A stretch of DNA of 64,000 nucleotides, from NCBI GenBank assembly GCA_964252035.1, contig OZ176203.1; one strand, given 5' to 3'. Below, one piece after another: positions 12,147 through 22,761 of the stretch. The stretch is from Podarcis erhardii. Taxonomy: Eukaryota. A program made the position numbers and the translations under genes. Positions within the stretch are counted from its first letter, which is position 1, and the number at the start of each line of letters is the position of its first letter. A model generated the notes under the pieces. That model worked only from the letters and a program-made list of their open reading frames with translations. It did no database searches and was not told the origin of the DNA.

Positions 12147-12812
12147 TATAATACTCAACAAATCAAGATTCCCCCACCATACTTTTGCAATATGGAAATT
12201 TGGATGGAGCTTAGGGCTTACCTTTTGTTCTAGGTTTCAAATATATATTAGGAGCATGCATAGGTTGAGCAAATAGGACTGAGCAAACCTGTGTGCAGGT
12301 TTTCAGACCAAACCTTCAACCCCTTACTTCAAGCTTTGGAAAATGTGGTGCTGTGTTTTTAAATTTCATTTTAAATAGCTTCATTTCCTCCCATTGCACT
12401 ATTTTTGTTGCTCCCTGCACATTTGAACATTCTATCACTATCCCTCCCCAAAAGCACACATTGACAAATCTGTGGCTATTAGTCAAGAAAAATCAGCCAT
12501 AGTTAGCCAGTGGCCTTGATTCAAACATTTACTGCTAATAGCCCCAATTAACAATAATTCACTGCATGGCAGCTGTAATTCGGGCCTAATCCTCATGACC
12601 ATTTTCTTACAAGGTGAGCAAATTGCCTGTTGAAATTGCCCCTATTAAGCAGCAGGCAAATTTATATATAATCTATTTATAAACCCCTTTTTATTATGCC
12701 AGGCTTCGAGCATTGAAGCTGGCTTGAGCAGTGGAAACACCCAATGGACATCGAGAAAAATGGCTTTGAGGGTCAAAATGCAGAGCTAAAATAGTTGTGC
12801 TTGAACACCTTC

Positions 12813-12941
12813 CATGGGTGTAGCCGGGTTTTAAGTTGGGGGACGAAGAGCCTCAGTTAGTTTAAGTACTTTTATTGATTTACTTGATTGGGGGGGGGGG
12901 GGGAGCAGCTGCCCCGCCTGCCTCCCTTGGCTCCGCCCACG
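12813..12941. mobile_element. hAT-type MITE at the upstream edge of the PRKX CpG island
   Basis: Imperfect TIRs CATGGGTGTAGCC / GGCTCCGCCCACG (10/13). Flanks share ACACCT (ACACCTTC versus CACACCTC), a degenerate 8-bp TSD. Confidence 0.6.
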
Positions 12942-13636
12942 CACACCTCTTTGTCCAATAGCCACTGAGGTAATGAGGTCTCCCACTCTCAGACGGGGGC
13001 GGGAGGATTGCCTTGAAGACCAATCAAGGAAAATGCAACTGGCGGCGTCTAAACCTAAGGGGAAGAGAAGCGCGCGCTTCTCAGGAATTTCCACAGCTCC
13101 TCCAAAGCACCGAGAAAGGTGCACGAAAAGGGCCGGGGTGTGCGTGGGGGGGGGGTGGTGCACCCCTCGCCCTTCAGCTTCTGACAGGATTATTTTAAAA
13201 AGGAGGGCAGGGGGAGACCGCGTCAGCAGCTGCAAGAGCCATGTGCAAAAGGCAGGCAGCAGCGTTGCGGCGTGTTTTCGTTGTAAATTTCAAGCAGCAG
13301 CTCCCTCCAGCCGGTCGTTTGTTGCTCCTCCTCCCGCTTTTCTCTCTCGCCTCGCCCGCGCGCCCCGCCCTCTCTCCGGCTCTTGCCGCAGCTGCAGGAA
13401 GCCAAGCCCCGCCCTCTCATCCCCGCGTGCGACCGACCGACCGGCTGGCTGGCTGGCGGGCGGGCGAGTGAGGCAGAGAGAGAGCGAGACTCGGGCCAGC
13501 CCCATTGTCTGCGCTGAGGCGCCGGCGGGAAGCGCGCGAGGAGCGAAGGCGCACGACCGGTCTCCAGAGAGCCAGGCGAGCGCGCGCGCACATCGCACAC
13601 GCAAGCAGGCAAGCCAAGAAGCTGCGCCCGGGCGCG

Positions 13637-13720
13637 ATGCGGGGCGCCAGCCGCCGCTTTGCAGCTGCCGAGAGGCTCCCCCGACACCCGGGCCGGGCTC
13701 GGGGCAGCGGCAGCTGCTGA
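13637..13720 (+). other. Candidate upstream ORF, 27 aa (MRGASRRFAAAERLPRHPGRARGSGSC)
   Basis: ATG at 13637 with G at -3, TGA ending at 13720, 95 nt upstream of the PRKX ATG. It is a uORF only if transcription starts upstream of 13637. Confidence 0.45.
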
Positions 13721-13815
13721 AGAGGGAAGGAGGCCGGGCCGGCGCCGGCGCCCCAAACTTCGCCCCTTTGCCTGGACAGGGCGCGCCTTTTCTTCCTCCC
13801 TCCCCTCGCCGCCCC

Positions 13816-14002
13816 ATGGAGACGCTGAGCGCCGTGCGGGCGAAAGTAGGGGCCAGGAGCCCCGGCGGCTGCGAGGCGGGCGGCACCGGCGAGCCCCAGC
13901 CCGCGCCGTCTTCCAGTCCTGCCGGCCGAGGCTCTCCGGCGCACCCGGCGCCGGACTCGCCCGCTTATCGACTGGAGGATCTGGAGACCTTAGCCACTGT
14001 TG
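13816..14002 (+). CDS. PRKX: PRKX coding exon 1 (METLSAVRAK...YRLEDLETLATV-G)
   Basis: The end matches the PRKX motif YSLQDFDTLATVG. Donor GTGAGT at 14003. Phase 1 joins exon 2 to give GTGTFGRV. The start ATG is inferred from expected N-terminal length. Confidence 0.88.
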
Positions 14003-15757
14003 GTGAGTGAGGCTGGGCGCCAGCCAATGAAAAACAAAGGAAGGGGGGATAGAACGTCTGCAGCCGCAGCCGCCCCCCCATGACCACCCACCAGGTTTAA
14101 GAGGCGTCTCTGACTGGCAAGGGACACCCCCCTCCTTTTTAGCGCCCTCGCGATACGTAATTCTGGTCACCTCTGGACTCACAATGCCATACCTCTGGGG
14201 CGCTCCCTAGACCAGGTAGTGAAATACAACCTTGCGGTGTCCCTCCTTTTGGAGATCATTCTCTCTGAGAGCCAAGGCAACCGGAAAGCTGTTGCTACTG
14301 CTTTCCTTCCCCAGGGCAGAGCCCCAAAGGATGCTGCCAGCTGCTAACACTGTGCCATCTCCACAAGCATGGATGGGCGCACCTCATGCCCAGGAAACAG
14401 TTTGTTTCTTTGGCGTCCAGGCTCACTTCTTAACACGATCTGGGCTTGGTGTCTTCCTTCCTGTTTTCGTATCCGGAAAGCTTCCCCAGTACTTTTTATC
14501 AGAGAGAAACAGAACAAGCTTTTTGCAGATGGCAGTTGAGAAGCAGGCAGGTGCCCAGCGGTGCTTGAGAACTGTCAAACCCAATGTGGAGAAGTCTGCT
14601 GTTTGGTCTCTGTTTTTCTGCCAGTAGTCTGGATTTTGCCCAAATCTGTCTGGTGGCAAAAAGCTGAACTGGTTTTGTAAACAGTGTGTGGTCCTGTTTA
14701 TCCCAGAAACTACTCTGAGTTTGCAACCCACAAACCCTTTGAACAAAAATATTAGCATGTAAATTGCTCTGAGTCCTGGCGACATCATTGAGCTTTCAGC
14801 CTGTTTAACTGAATAATATGCTGTTTAAGCAGTGCATCAGTCATAACCTTATGTTGCAAGTAACTTTGATGCTTGCTTTCACAAGTGTTGTGTGTGAAGT
14901 AATTATGCAAGTTGATGTATGTTTATAGCTCTTTATGCTTATACTGAGTGTGTGCGCTCTTCCTACAGTTCGCTTGCAAATTCCATCCAAGCTCCTGTTA
15001 ATATTAAACATGGCTTGCAACTGTGGGCTTGTTCTTCTGTTCAGCGGCTCGGGTTTCATGATATCCAAAGCATTTTAGTATTGCTCACGTGATGAGCTGG
15101 AATGTGTATTCCATTTTAAAGGCAGATAATCTGTCAAATCTTAAACAGGACCCAGGACCAAGGGAGTCTTTCACTTGGACATGACTTTCTTCCCCAAATT
15201 TCCCCTCTTGAGGGATGTTTGCATCTGATCTGCGTAGATGGTTTTGTTAGCAGGCATTGGCTGCAGTGGGAGAGGAAGGAGAAGGGACACAGGGGAGGAG
15301 AGGATATGATTACAGTGCCATATGACACATGGGGAAATCTGATGTGAAATACTCTGTAAGAGAGGGCACCTGACATAAACAACCGCTGCCATTTGTTTCG
15401 ACTTAAAAGGCCCTTTCATACATTACTCTCTGTATTTTGTACAGTAGATCCCAACCTCTTGGTGCCTAGCACTGCTTAGGGTGGCGAACACCAAATAAAA
15501 CCTGCCATCAGATGAGTTCATATTTATAAAAGTACATAGGAGGGGGAGGGGCAGAGTTCCTCGTTGCATGGGTTGTATTCAGTATGGCTCTAAGGTGATT
15601 TCTTCTTGCACAACAGAATGTTCTGCTTGTCTCCTCCCCCTGGCTTTGGAGCCCACCCCCCAACTGCTCAGGATTTCCCCCCAATCCTCTGGAGCAGATT
15701 TGGGGATGGCTCAGAGTCCATGAAGGAGGAGAGAGGATCTCGTTGCATTGGCGCTAA

Positions 15758-15958
15758 TGCAGTGGTACCTCAGGTTAAGTTCCGGAGATCCGTACTTAAA
15801 CTGAAACTGTTCTTAACCTGAAGCACCACTTTAGCTAATGATGCCGCCAGAGCCTGATTTCTGTTCTCATCCTGAAGCAAAGTTTTTAACCTGAAGCACT
15901 ATTTCTGGGTTAACGGAGTCTGTAACCTGAAGCGTATGTAACCTGAGGTACCACTGTA
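15758..15958. mobile_element. Tc1/mariner-type MITE, family A
   Basis: TIRs CAGTGGTACCTCAGGTTA / TAACCTGAGGTACCACTG. Right flank TA, left flank TG. Confidence 0.9.
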
Positions 15959-17379
15959 CTTACACTAATGCACAAATGCTGCCCTTGGAGAAAAGTGTAT
16001 GACCATAAGTGTCATTTGATATAGTAAAATGAATTGGTGTAGGTTTAGGGGCACAGCCAGCCATATTGAAGATACCCCATCCCACATATGTGCATTTGTT
16101 TAGTGACAGAGTAACATCTGGTAGCAAGGAATTCATACAGGTGAATGATCAGGCTGGCAGTGAAGGGGTGTATCTCTCTGCCCCTCTGCAAGACTGTGGG
16201 CAGGAATATAGCTTGCTATGAAGCTAGTATCCTTTCTGTCTGCAGAGAAGGGTAAGACAGTAGTACATCACAGCCACAATGAAAACACAGGGTACTAGGG
16301 TCTTACCTGGCTGGTAACTTTGGGGTTTATCTACAAGATTGGCCCATAATCTTCCTGCTACAGCTCTTGGGAAGCTATATTAATTTTTTGTGCCAGTGTT
16401 ATTCTGATCAATTTGGGTCTCAGCTGGTGGATAAACAAACTGTTTTGTCTTCAAATTAAGGAATTTATAGCATGGCTTGATTTGCCTGCTAGGCACATGG
16501 TTTTCATGTAAGGTGAACCTCCTAAAAAAGTTCTGGCAACTAGGAGGGAGCTGTAAACTATATATGTGTCGAATGGGTCAAGAGGCATGATCATTATTGG
16601 ATACCCTGGGTCAACTAAGAGCGTCTGCAGTAAGGGCATCCCTGGGGGCCATGTGATAGGTTGCATCTTTCCCTCTGGCATTGGAGAGGGAGTTCTGATA
16701 TCAAAGCCTCCTTCCCCAACTGTCCCAGCTCCTTGTCCAACTGGCATTGATTGCAGTAGAGCCAAAAGGGGTGTGTGCTAGGAAGTGGCTTGGATCTGAA
16801 TGATAGAATGCCCAACATACCAACATACATACCAACAACACACCACAAACGGGTGGAAGATTTAAACACACTTCTGAACAGGTGCTAAATCTCTCCATGG
16901 GAAACAATGGGAGAGAAAATGAATACTATTGACATGATATGTGAATGGATATAGGAACATCCCTCCTTCCTTGCTTCTGCCCTGTGGGTAGAGCCAGGCA
17001 GAGCTTTGGATGGGCTGTTAGCCATCTTTGTATTTCCTGCCACCAGTTGTTCATGTATTGTGTGTATACCTCCTGTATACACCGTCTGTATACCCAGACA
17101 GTGCTAAAATACATAATGACAGTAACTCACTTCAGACATACTATCAAAGTGTTGTGACTTTCATGACTCTATTTTTATCTGTAAGCTAACCTACCTTGAG
17201 TTCTGTCATGGACAAAGGTCGGGTAGCAGTGCTAGAAACTCAGATATATAAGCTAGGTGATAAATGGCTCCTTAAACTAAGTTGACAGTCGCCAAAACGA
17301 AATGCCTCATTGCCATTTTGGGGCCAGACGCTTCGAAAGTCATTTTCAATACGACCTTTAGGTTCCTGAAATTCATTCT

Positions 17380-17700
17380 GATTGTGGAGATAAAATATAA
17401 TGGATAGGATTCTACAGAATGTGTTGCTAGTGTATGAAAACAGTCAGGATCCAAGGAATCCCCAGCATGCACCTCCAGATGGTGGAGACGTCAGGTACCA
17501 TTCTGGTGCCTGGGCATCTTTACTTGGTCACAAGTGGCTAATAGCCAGGTGTAAAATGTGCCTGGTGAATTTCAAATGCTGTGGGGTTGGAATAAAGAAA
17601 TAAAGGCTCTGCTAAATGACATTCACACATTTGAATGGGTATCTAAGCAATGGAACCCTTTGCATGCAGAGATATACACCCGTTGGTCAACTTGTTTAGA
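17380..17700 (+). mobile_element. Possible decayed L1-clade ORF2 C-terminal fragment
   Basis: Frameshifted translations SRWWRRQ..GT, GHKWLIARCK and LWGWNKEIKALLNDIHTFEWVSKQWNPL resemble the CWRC..GT / RLIARYWK / F...W.P motifs at the end of L1 ORF2. Weak. Confidence 0.3.
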
Positions 17701-17995
17701 TGCCCATGAGCAAACATAAAGAGTGAGAACTAGGAAGCTTTATGACATTCAAGGTGGGACCAGCAGGATGACATTCAGTGTGTGGACCCAATTCATATGT
17801 GTAATGTGCTTATTGGCTCATGAGTTAGTGCGTGCCTTGTTTAGAATCCTAGGATTTTGGTTTTGCATCCAAATATTTTTTCAAGATATGGAGGACTACT
17901 TGACACTTTTAAAGATGCAGTTAAACTTACTCAGGTAGACCATAACACATATTTTGATGGGGCAAAATGAGCGTTTTCCAAACAAGCTTTTGAAA

Positions 17996-18017
17996 TTTTT
18001 TTTTTTTTTTTTTTTTT
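17996..18017. repeat. (T)22 homopolymer
   Basis: Direct reading. Confidence 0.9.
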
Positions 18018-19255
18018 GCTGGAAGAAAAAAGATGAAATTACTTATTTTATTTGCTTCTTCGTGTATTTAAAGAAAACCATGTTCACACCTATGTCTTAC
18101 ATTTTCACCAAAGTTTTCCCTTAAAACATCAGTTTTATTATCCTGCAGAGTGTTATCTCAAATGAGTGGGATGGATATGCTGAGAAAATGTGTTGTGCTC
18201 TATCCATTTACTGAACATTTCAACTAGGAAACTGTCAGCTTAAAGCGTAGATTTGATCTTTAATTCTCTGAGCACTTGGGTGTCCTCCCATTGATACCAA
18301 AGGGAATTTATATAAAGTATAGCTTTGTGCACAGCAGAGGTAATATCACTCCTACATACCTAGTCAGAAATTTGAATTCTGACATGTGCTACACCAAATG
18401 CAAGCAGAACTACATATCTGCATTCATTTTGATGCTTGGAGCAAGTTCTCGCATTCATTTGATAAAACAGTATTTGTGACTGCACAAGAGAATTGAGGAT
18501 GGAGGAGGCATACTCTTCAATTAATTGAACAAATATATATATATAATCTTAAGTAGCAGTGTTTCTCTGAAGTTTGGAATTTATCTCTTCAGATATTGTC
18601 ATTATTTATGGTTCTTTTTAGTGGGTGTAACATCTGGACTGGATACAAATTTTTCTAGCTATGCCTCAAACACATGGCTTTTATTGGCAGTCAGAACTTG
18701 CAGAATAAGTAAGATCACTTGCTAGGGTTATTTGCATGATTCCCCTATGAAAAACATGGCACACTTATCTGGCAATAAACTCTCTTGAACAAAGTGGAAC
18801 TTAACTATGAACAAACATACCCTGGATTGCACTGTAAATTTGTGACATAACCAAAAGGTGTTATGGTGTTGACTTTCTTTCTATTGGCCAAACCTATAAT
18901 GTAACAATGGCTACAATTCTGTAGACAAGTTGTTTAAGTCCCATGGATTTAAGTGGGATTGAACCAGCCCAATTATGTATGCTTTAATCTTCAAAAATAA
19001 AGATCCTATTGTCATTCAGGAATCCCTGTGAATAGTTAGGAAATAGAAAATTGGCTGATACAATCCTTAAACAAGGAATTATAAAAATAGTGAATTGGGT
19101 GATTGTTTCAGCTATAGAATAAAGACACAGACTTTTCATTTCCACAACATAGCATACTGCAAAAAGGTTCAGGCAAAGGCAATTAATCCTTATGTCTTGT
19201 TTTACCCATATGTTTCCAACACAATTGCTTTCAAGTTGTACTGAGTTACACTAGA

Positions 19256-19496
19256 AACAGTCATACCTTGGTTCTTGAACAAAATCTATTCCGGAAGTCC
19301 ATTTGATTTCCAAAACATTTGAAAACCAAGGCACGCCTTCTGATTGGCTGCAGGAGCTTCCTGCACTCAAATGGAAGCTGCGTCAGACATTCAGCTTCCG
19401 AAAAACATTCAAAAACTGGAACACTTCCAGGTTTTTGGCATTCAGGAGCCAAAACTTATGAGTACCAAGGCGTTTGAAAACCAAGGTACAACTGTA
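19256..19496. mobile_element. Tc1/mariner-type MITE, family B
   Basis: TIRs CAGTCATACCTTGGTT / AACCAAGGTACAACTG (14/16). Right flank TA. Confidence 0.8.
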
Positions 19497-19500
19497 TTAT

Positions 19501-19880
19501 TACCGTATTTTTCGCCCTATAGGACGTACTTTTTCCCCTCCAAAAATGAAGAGGACATCCTGCGGTCTCCCAACCTGGTTTGGAGGCTGTCAGAGGGCTT
19601 CCCCCTCCCCCAGCCCCGCAAGCTCCCAGAGCGATGCCAAAGCTGCACGCAGCTTCGGCATGGCTCTGGATCCCGTTCTGGGGGCTGGGGCCGGGGGAAG
19701 CTCGGGCTTGCGGAGAGCTTCCTGTTCTGGGAGCTGGGGTCGGGGGAAGCTCGGGCTTCCCCCGCCCCAGCCCTGTGCCTGGGGGGGGGGATAATTCCCC
19801 CCCTTTATTTCCCCTCCCACCCAAAAAAATTTAGGTGCGTCCTATGGGCCGGTGCGTCCTATAGGGCGAAAAATACGGTA
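19501..19880. mobile_element. Young pogo/Tigger-like (Tc1/mariner superfamily) MITE
   Basis: Perfect 26-bp inverted termini including the TA TSD (TACCGTATTTTTCGCCCTATAGGACG). GC-rich interior with a 35-bp direct repeat (19675-19709, 19724-19758; 33/35). Confidence 0.9.
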
Positions 19881-20090
19881 ATTACATTTCTATCCCACCC
19901 TTCCCCCATAGAGCTCATGGCAGCATACATGGTTCTTCTTTTATCATTCTTTGTATTCACAGACCTGTGTAGTAGGTTAGGTTGAGAGACAATTACTGGT
20001 CCAATTTCACTCAGTACATGATATATCTGAATGGGGAGTTGAACCTGGGTCTGCCTGATCCTAGTCCAAGGCTCTAAGAACTACTATATG
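19881..20090 (-). mobile_element. CORE-type (MIR-like) tRNA SINE, degenerate
   Basis: Similar to 31905-32146 (GGTTAGG.TGAGAGA, GGTC, GAACCTGGGTCT motifs). Confidence 0.65.
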
Positions 20091-20131
20091 TTGAAGTTTA
20101 AACATGCTCTGATAGGTGGTACGACCTTGAG

Positions 20132-20358
20132 CAGGCTTTCTCAACTGTGGGTCCACATATGTTGGACTACAACTCCCATCATCCCTAGCTTGCAGGATCA
20201 GTTGTCAGGATATGGGTTGTAGTCCAACAACATATGGGGACCCAAGTTTGAGTCAATATTGTGGACTACAACTCTAATGCCTAACCACTTGCTATGCTGG
20301 CTGGATCGGATAGGAGTTACAATCCAAAACACATGGAGTCCACCGTGTTGGCTACCCT
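20132..20358. mobile_element. Adjacent hairpin hAT-type MITE remnants (family of 782-917)
   Basis: GGACTACAACTCCCATCATCCCT...GGGTTGTAGTCCAACAACAT internal inverted repeat, followed by a second partial copy. Confidence 0.6.
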
Positions 20359-20759
20359 GATCTTGAAAGTGCAAATTTGTCTATAGACTGGTCCACAGAT
20401 TTTGGCTACGCTTATGTAGTTAGTTGTTTCTGACTTCTGCAAAGTCCCTCTTCTCAGGGGAAGAGTTCTTTTATGTCTTGCTTTGCAACAGGCATTGAAG
20501 GAGAGCAAAAACAGCAATAGGCTCACTGCTGCTTACCTTTTCCTATGCCAGGCATGTGAAGTGGAAGAAAAGATCCACATCTCCACTGATAATCCTGAAC
20601 CATCTGGCAGTGAGAACCATCTAGCACTGAGCTTGCTGGCTCAGTCTCTCCTATCGCTTGTGCCTTTCTAAAGTTTAGAGCAAAGTAAAGACTTGATGGA
20701 GAGAATCTTTGGAGTTGGGGAATGTTGGAAAGGAAGTCTCTCCCAGTGGCCATGTTTGT

Positions 20760-20886
20760 GGCCCTGTATTGCTATTGTTTGTCACTATGGTATATATTTT
20801 TGAATTTCTATTTTGTAAACTGCCCTGTGATCCTTGGATGAAGGGCAGTATAGAAATTTAATAAATAATAATAGTAATAAATAATG
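20760..20886 (+). mobile_element. L2 3' end fragment
   Basis: TTGTAAACTGCCCTGTGATCCTTGGATGAAGGGCAGTATAGAAATTTAATAAATAATAAT, similar to the L2 3' terminus at 25450-25530. Confidence 0.7.
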
Positions 20887-21636
20887 TTACTGTCAACATG
20901 CATGTATTGTAATTGTAGACTTTAGCCGGCTAGTTTTTATGCCTATAAGATAAGAGGTCCATTGATTCAATGGGCCTTAAGTGTTGTTGAGTCCTCTTTT
21001 CCCTCAGTGGTCCTGCAGTATCTGGTCTGCAATGCACCTTTCTCTACATGCTTCAACTTTTTTGATGCCGTGAAGTACTGCTCTGCTTTTAGTGTCTGCT
21101 GCCTGACCCTATGTTTACAAGTCTCTTTGTGATATTATCCGCGAACTGTCATAGACTTCTCATCTGCTTTTTCTTGCTTTTCCCTTGTTAAAAAGGGCCT
21201 TGTATAGTTACTCAGGGAGCAGATTGCTTAAGGGCATTGGCCAAACCTTTGATTTTCTGTTCAAAGATCCTTCATCTAAGTGAAATTGTGCTGGAGGATA
21301 TTTACATTATGGACTCCTGAATGATACCTTATGGGTGCAGTGGTCACAGATCTGTAATGTTACGGCTTTTTCTTAGGGCTGAGTGAAAAGCATTCCAAAT
21401 TATCCATGCTATTTGTGGGTGACAAAATTTAGAGGGGCCATTTTTGCTTAATATTCTCTGGGATGAGGAGGTTGAATTCTCCAATAGTTTGCATAGGGGG
21501 GAAAACCAAAAAGCACAGAAAAGTCATCTTGTGATTCCCACCCCCCAACTTAATGTTAAATGAAACACTGTTGTTTATATTGATAGATGAAGGACTCCAT
21601 GTTGTAAGAGTAAGACATGAAGGAGTAGCATCAAAC

Positions 21637-21787
21637 CATAAGTGCCAACTTCCTGGGTGCCCGAGCACCCACAAAATTCCCCATGAAGGGGCCGGGCACC
21701 CACAAATTTCAGTGCCAGGATCATGCACATTGCATGGCACCCATGGCCCTGGGCACCCATGGTCGCGGGGCCAAGCTGACACTCCTG
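21637..21787. mobile_element. hAT-type MITE
   Basis: TIRs CATAAGTGCCAACTT / AAGCTGACACTCCTG (11/15). 8-bp TSD CATCAAAC / CATTAAAC. Confidence 0.7.
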
Positions 21788-22460
21788 CATTAAACCCATT
21801 TTTTTCCTTCAGCAAATATTAAACTATATTGGGCTGGATATACAGTTGTACTCAGAATTCCCCATTCTGCATACTGGGAAATTGTACCAGCTCTGTGCAT
21901 GTCCTAAATATCAAGGCAAAATGCAATGATTTCGGGGCAAATGCACATATTCCCGAGTTGGATTGTTCTGTTAACATGGAATGTTGTGATGGACCCTGGA
22001 ATCCCAAACCATTTGAATAGGTTGCAAGAAAGTTGCAACAACCCCCCACATTTTCTGAGAAATGAAACCAAGCTGGCCAGGAAAACTCCCAGAGCTTGAA
22101 TGACAAGGGAGATTGCAGAAATAAGGTGAATCTTGTAGTCACTGCACACATCTACCACAGATTCATGGAGAATTCAGGAGAACTATTCTGCTGAGACATC
22201 CTTTAACATATTTGGGTTTCTTTTTTTGTGGGGTGTATATGTGTTGTGTTCCAAAGAAAAGTATATTACCAGTTAGTTCTCAGAATGTTCCTTTTCTGAT
22301 ATATTTATCAGAGTTCAAGCCTGGTTTTCAGCCTTTTAAAAAACTATTATATTGCCGCATCTTTATTTTCATAAGTGAAGTGTTATGCTATGTTGCAGGG
22401 CATGTTCTATTAAAAGAGAAGAGGTATTGGAAAGGACACTCGCAGCACAATCCTATGCAT

Positions 22461-22718
22461 CAGAGCTTTCCAAACTGTGTGTTGTGACACATTAGTGTGT
22501 CAGCTGCAGTGTGTACAGTAGTTGTGTCATGCAAACACTCCCCACGCTCATCTCATGGCTCAAAACACTCCCCACGCTCATCTCATGGCTCAAAAGGGCT
22601 TAGTTTAACCTCTGGTTTGCTAGTAAAACTGAATTACTATGTCACGAAATGATGCAAAACTGAATTACTGTGTTGCGAAATGATGCATGTCCAAATATGA
22701 ATAGTTTGGAAAGCTCTG
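22461..22718. mobile_element. hAT-type MITE with two internal tandem duplications
   Basis: Perfect TIR CAGAGCTTTCCAAACT / AGTTTGGAAAGCTCTG. TSD CTATGCAT / CTATACAT. Homologous to 63012-63207 in opposite orientation. Confidence 0.88.
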
Positions 22719-22761
22719 CTATACATGTTTATTCAGAAGTTAGTCACATTGATTTCCATGA

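Larger units (their letters stand above)
12900..14160 (+). promoter_or_regulatory. CpG island / PRKX promoter and 5' UTR
   Basis: Very high GC and CpG density against a CpG-poor background. GC boxes at 12931-12938 and 12995-13004, CCAAT at 12955-12959 and 13020-13024, GCGCGC motifs. Spans coding exon 1. The TSS cannot be determined from sequence. Confidence 0.85.

Noticed and set aside
13223-14182. 319-aa antisense ORF and other overlapping ORFs across the CpG island
   Set aside because: Low-complexity Arg/Pro/Gly/Ala translations with no domain. Stop-poor frames are expected at this GC content.
16451-16765. 104-aa minus-strand ORF with LLVDPG, superficially like an aspartic protease motif
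   Set aside because: Not D-T/S-G, and there is no neighbouring gag/RT motif or LTR. It cannot be supported without a search.
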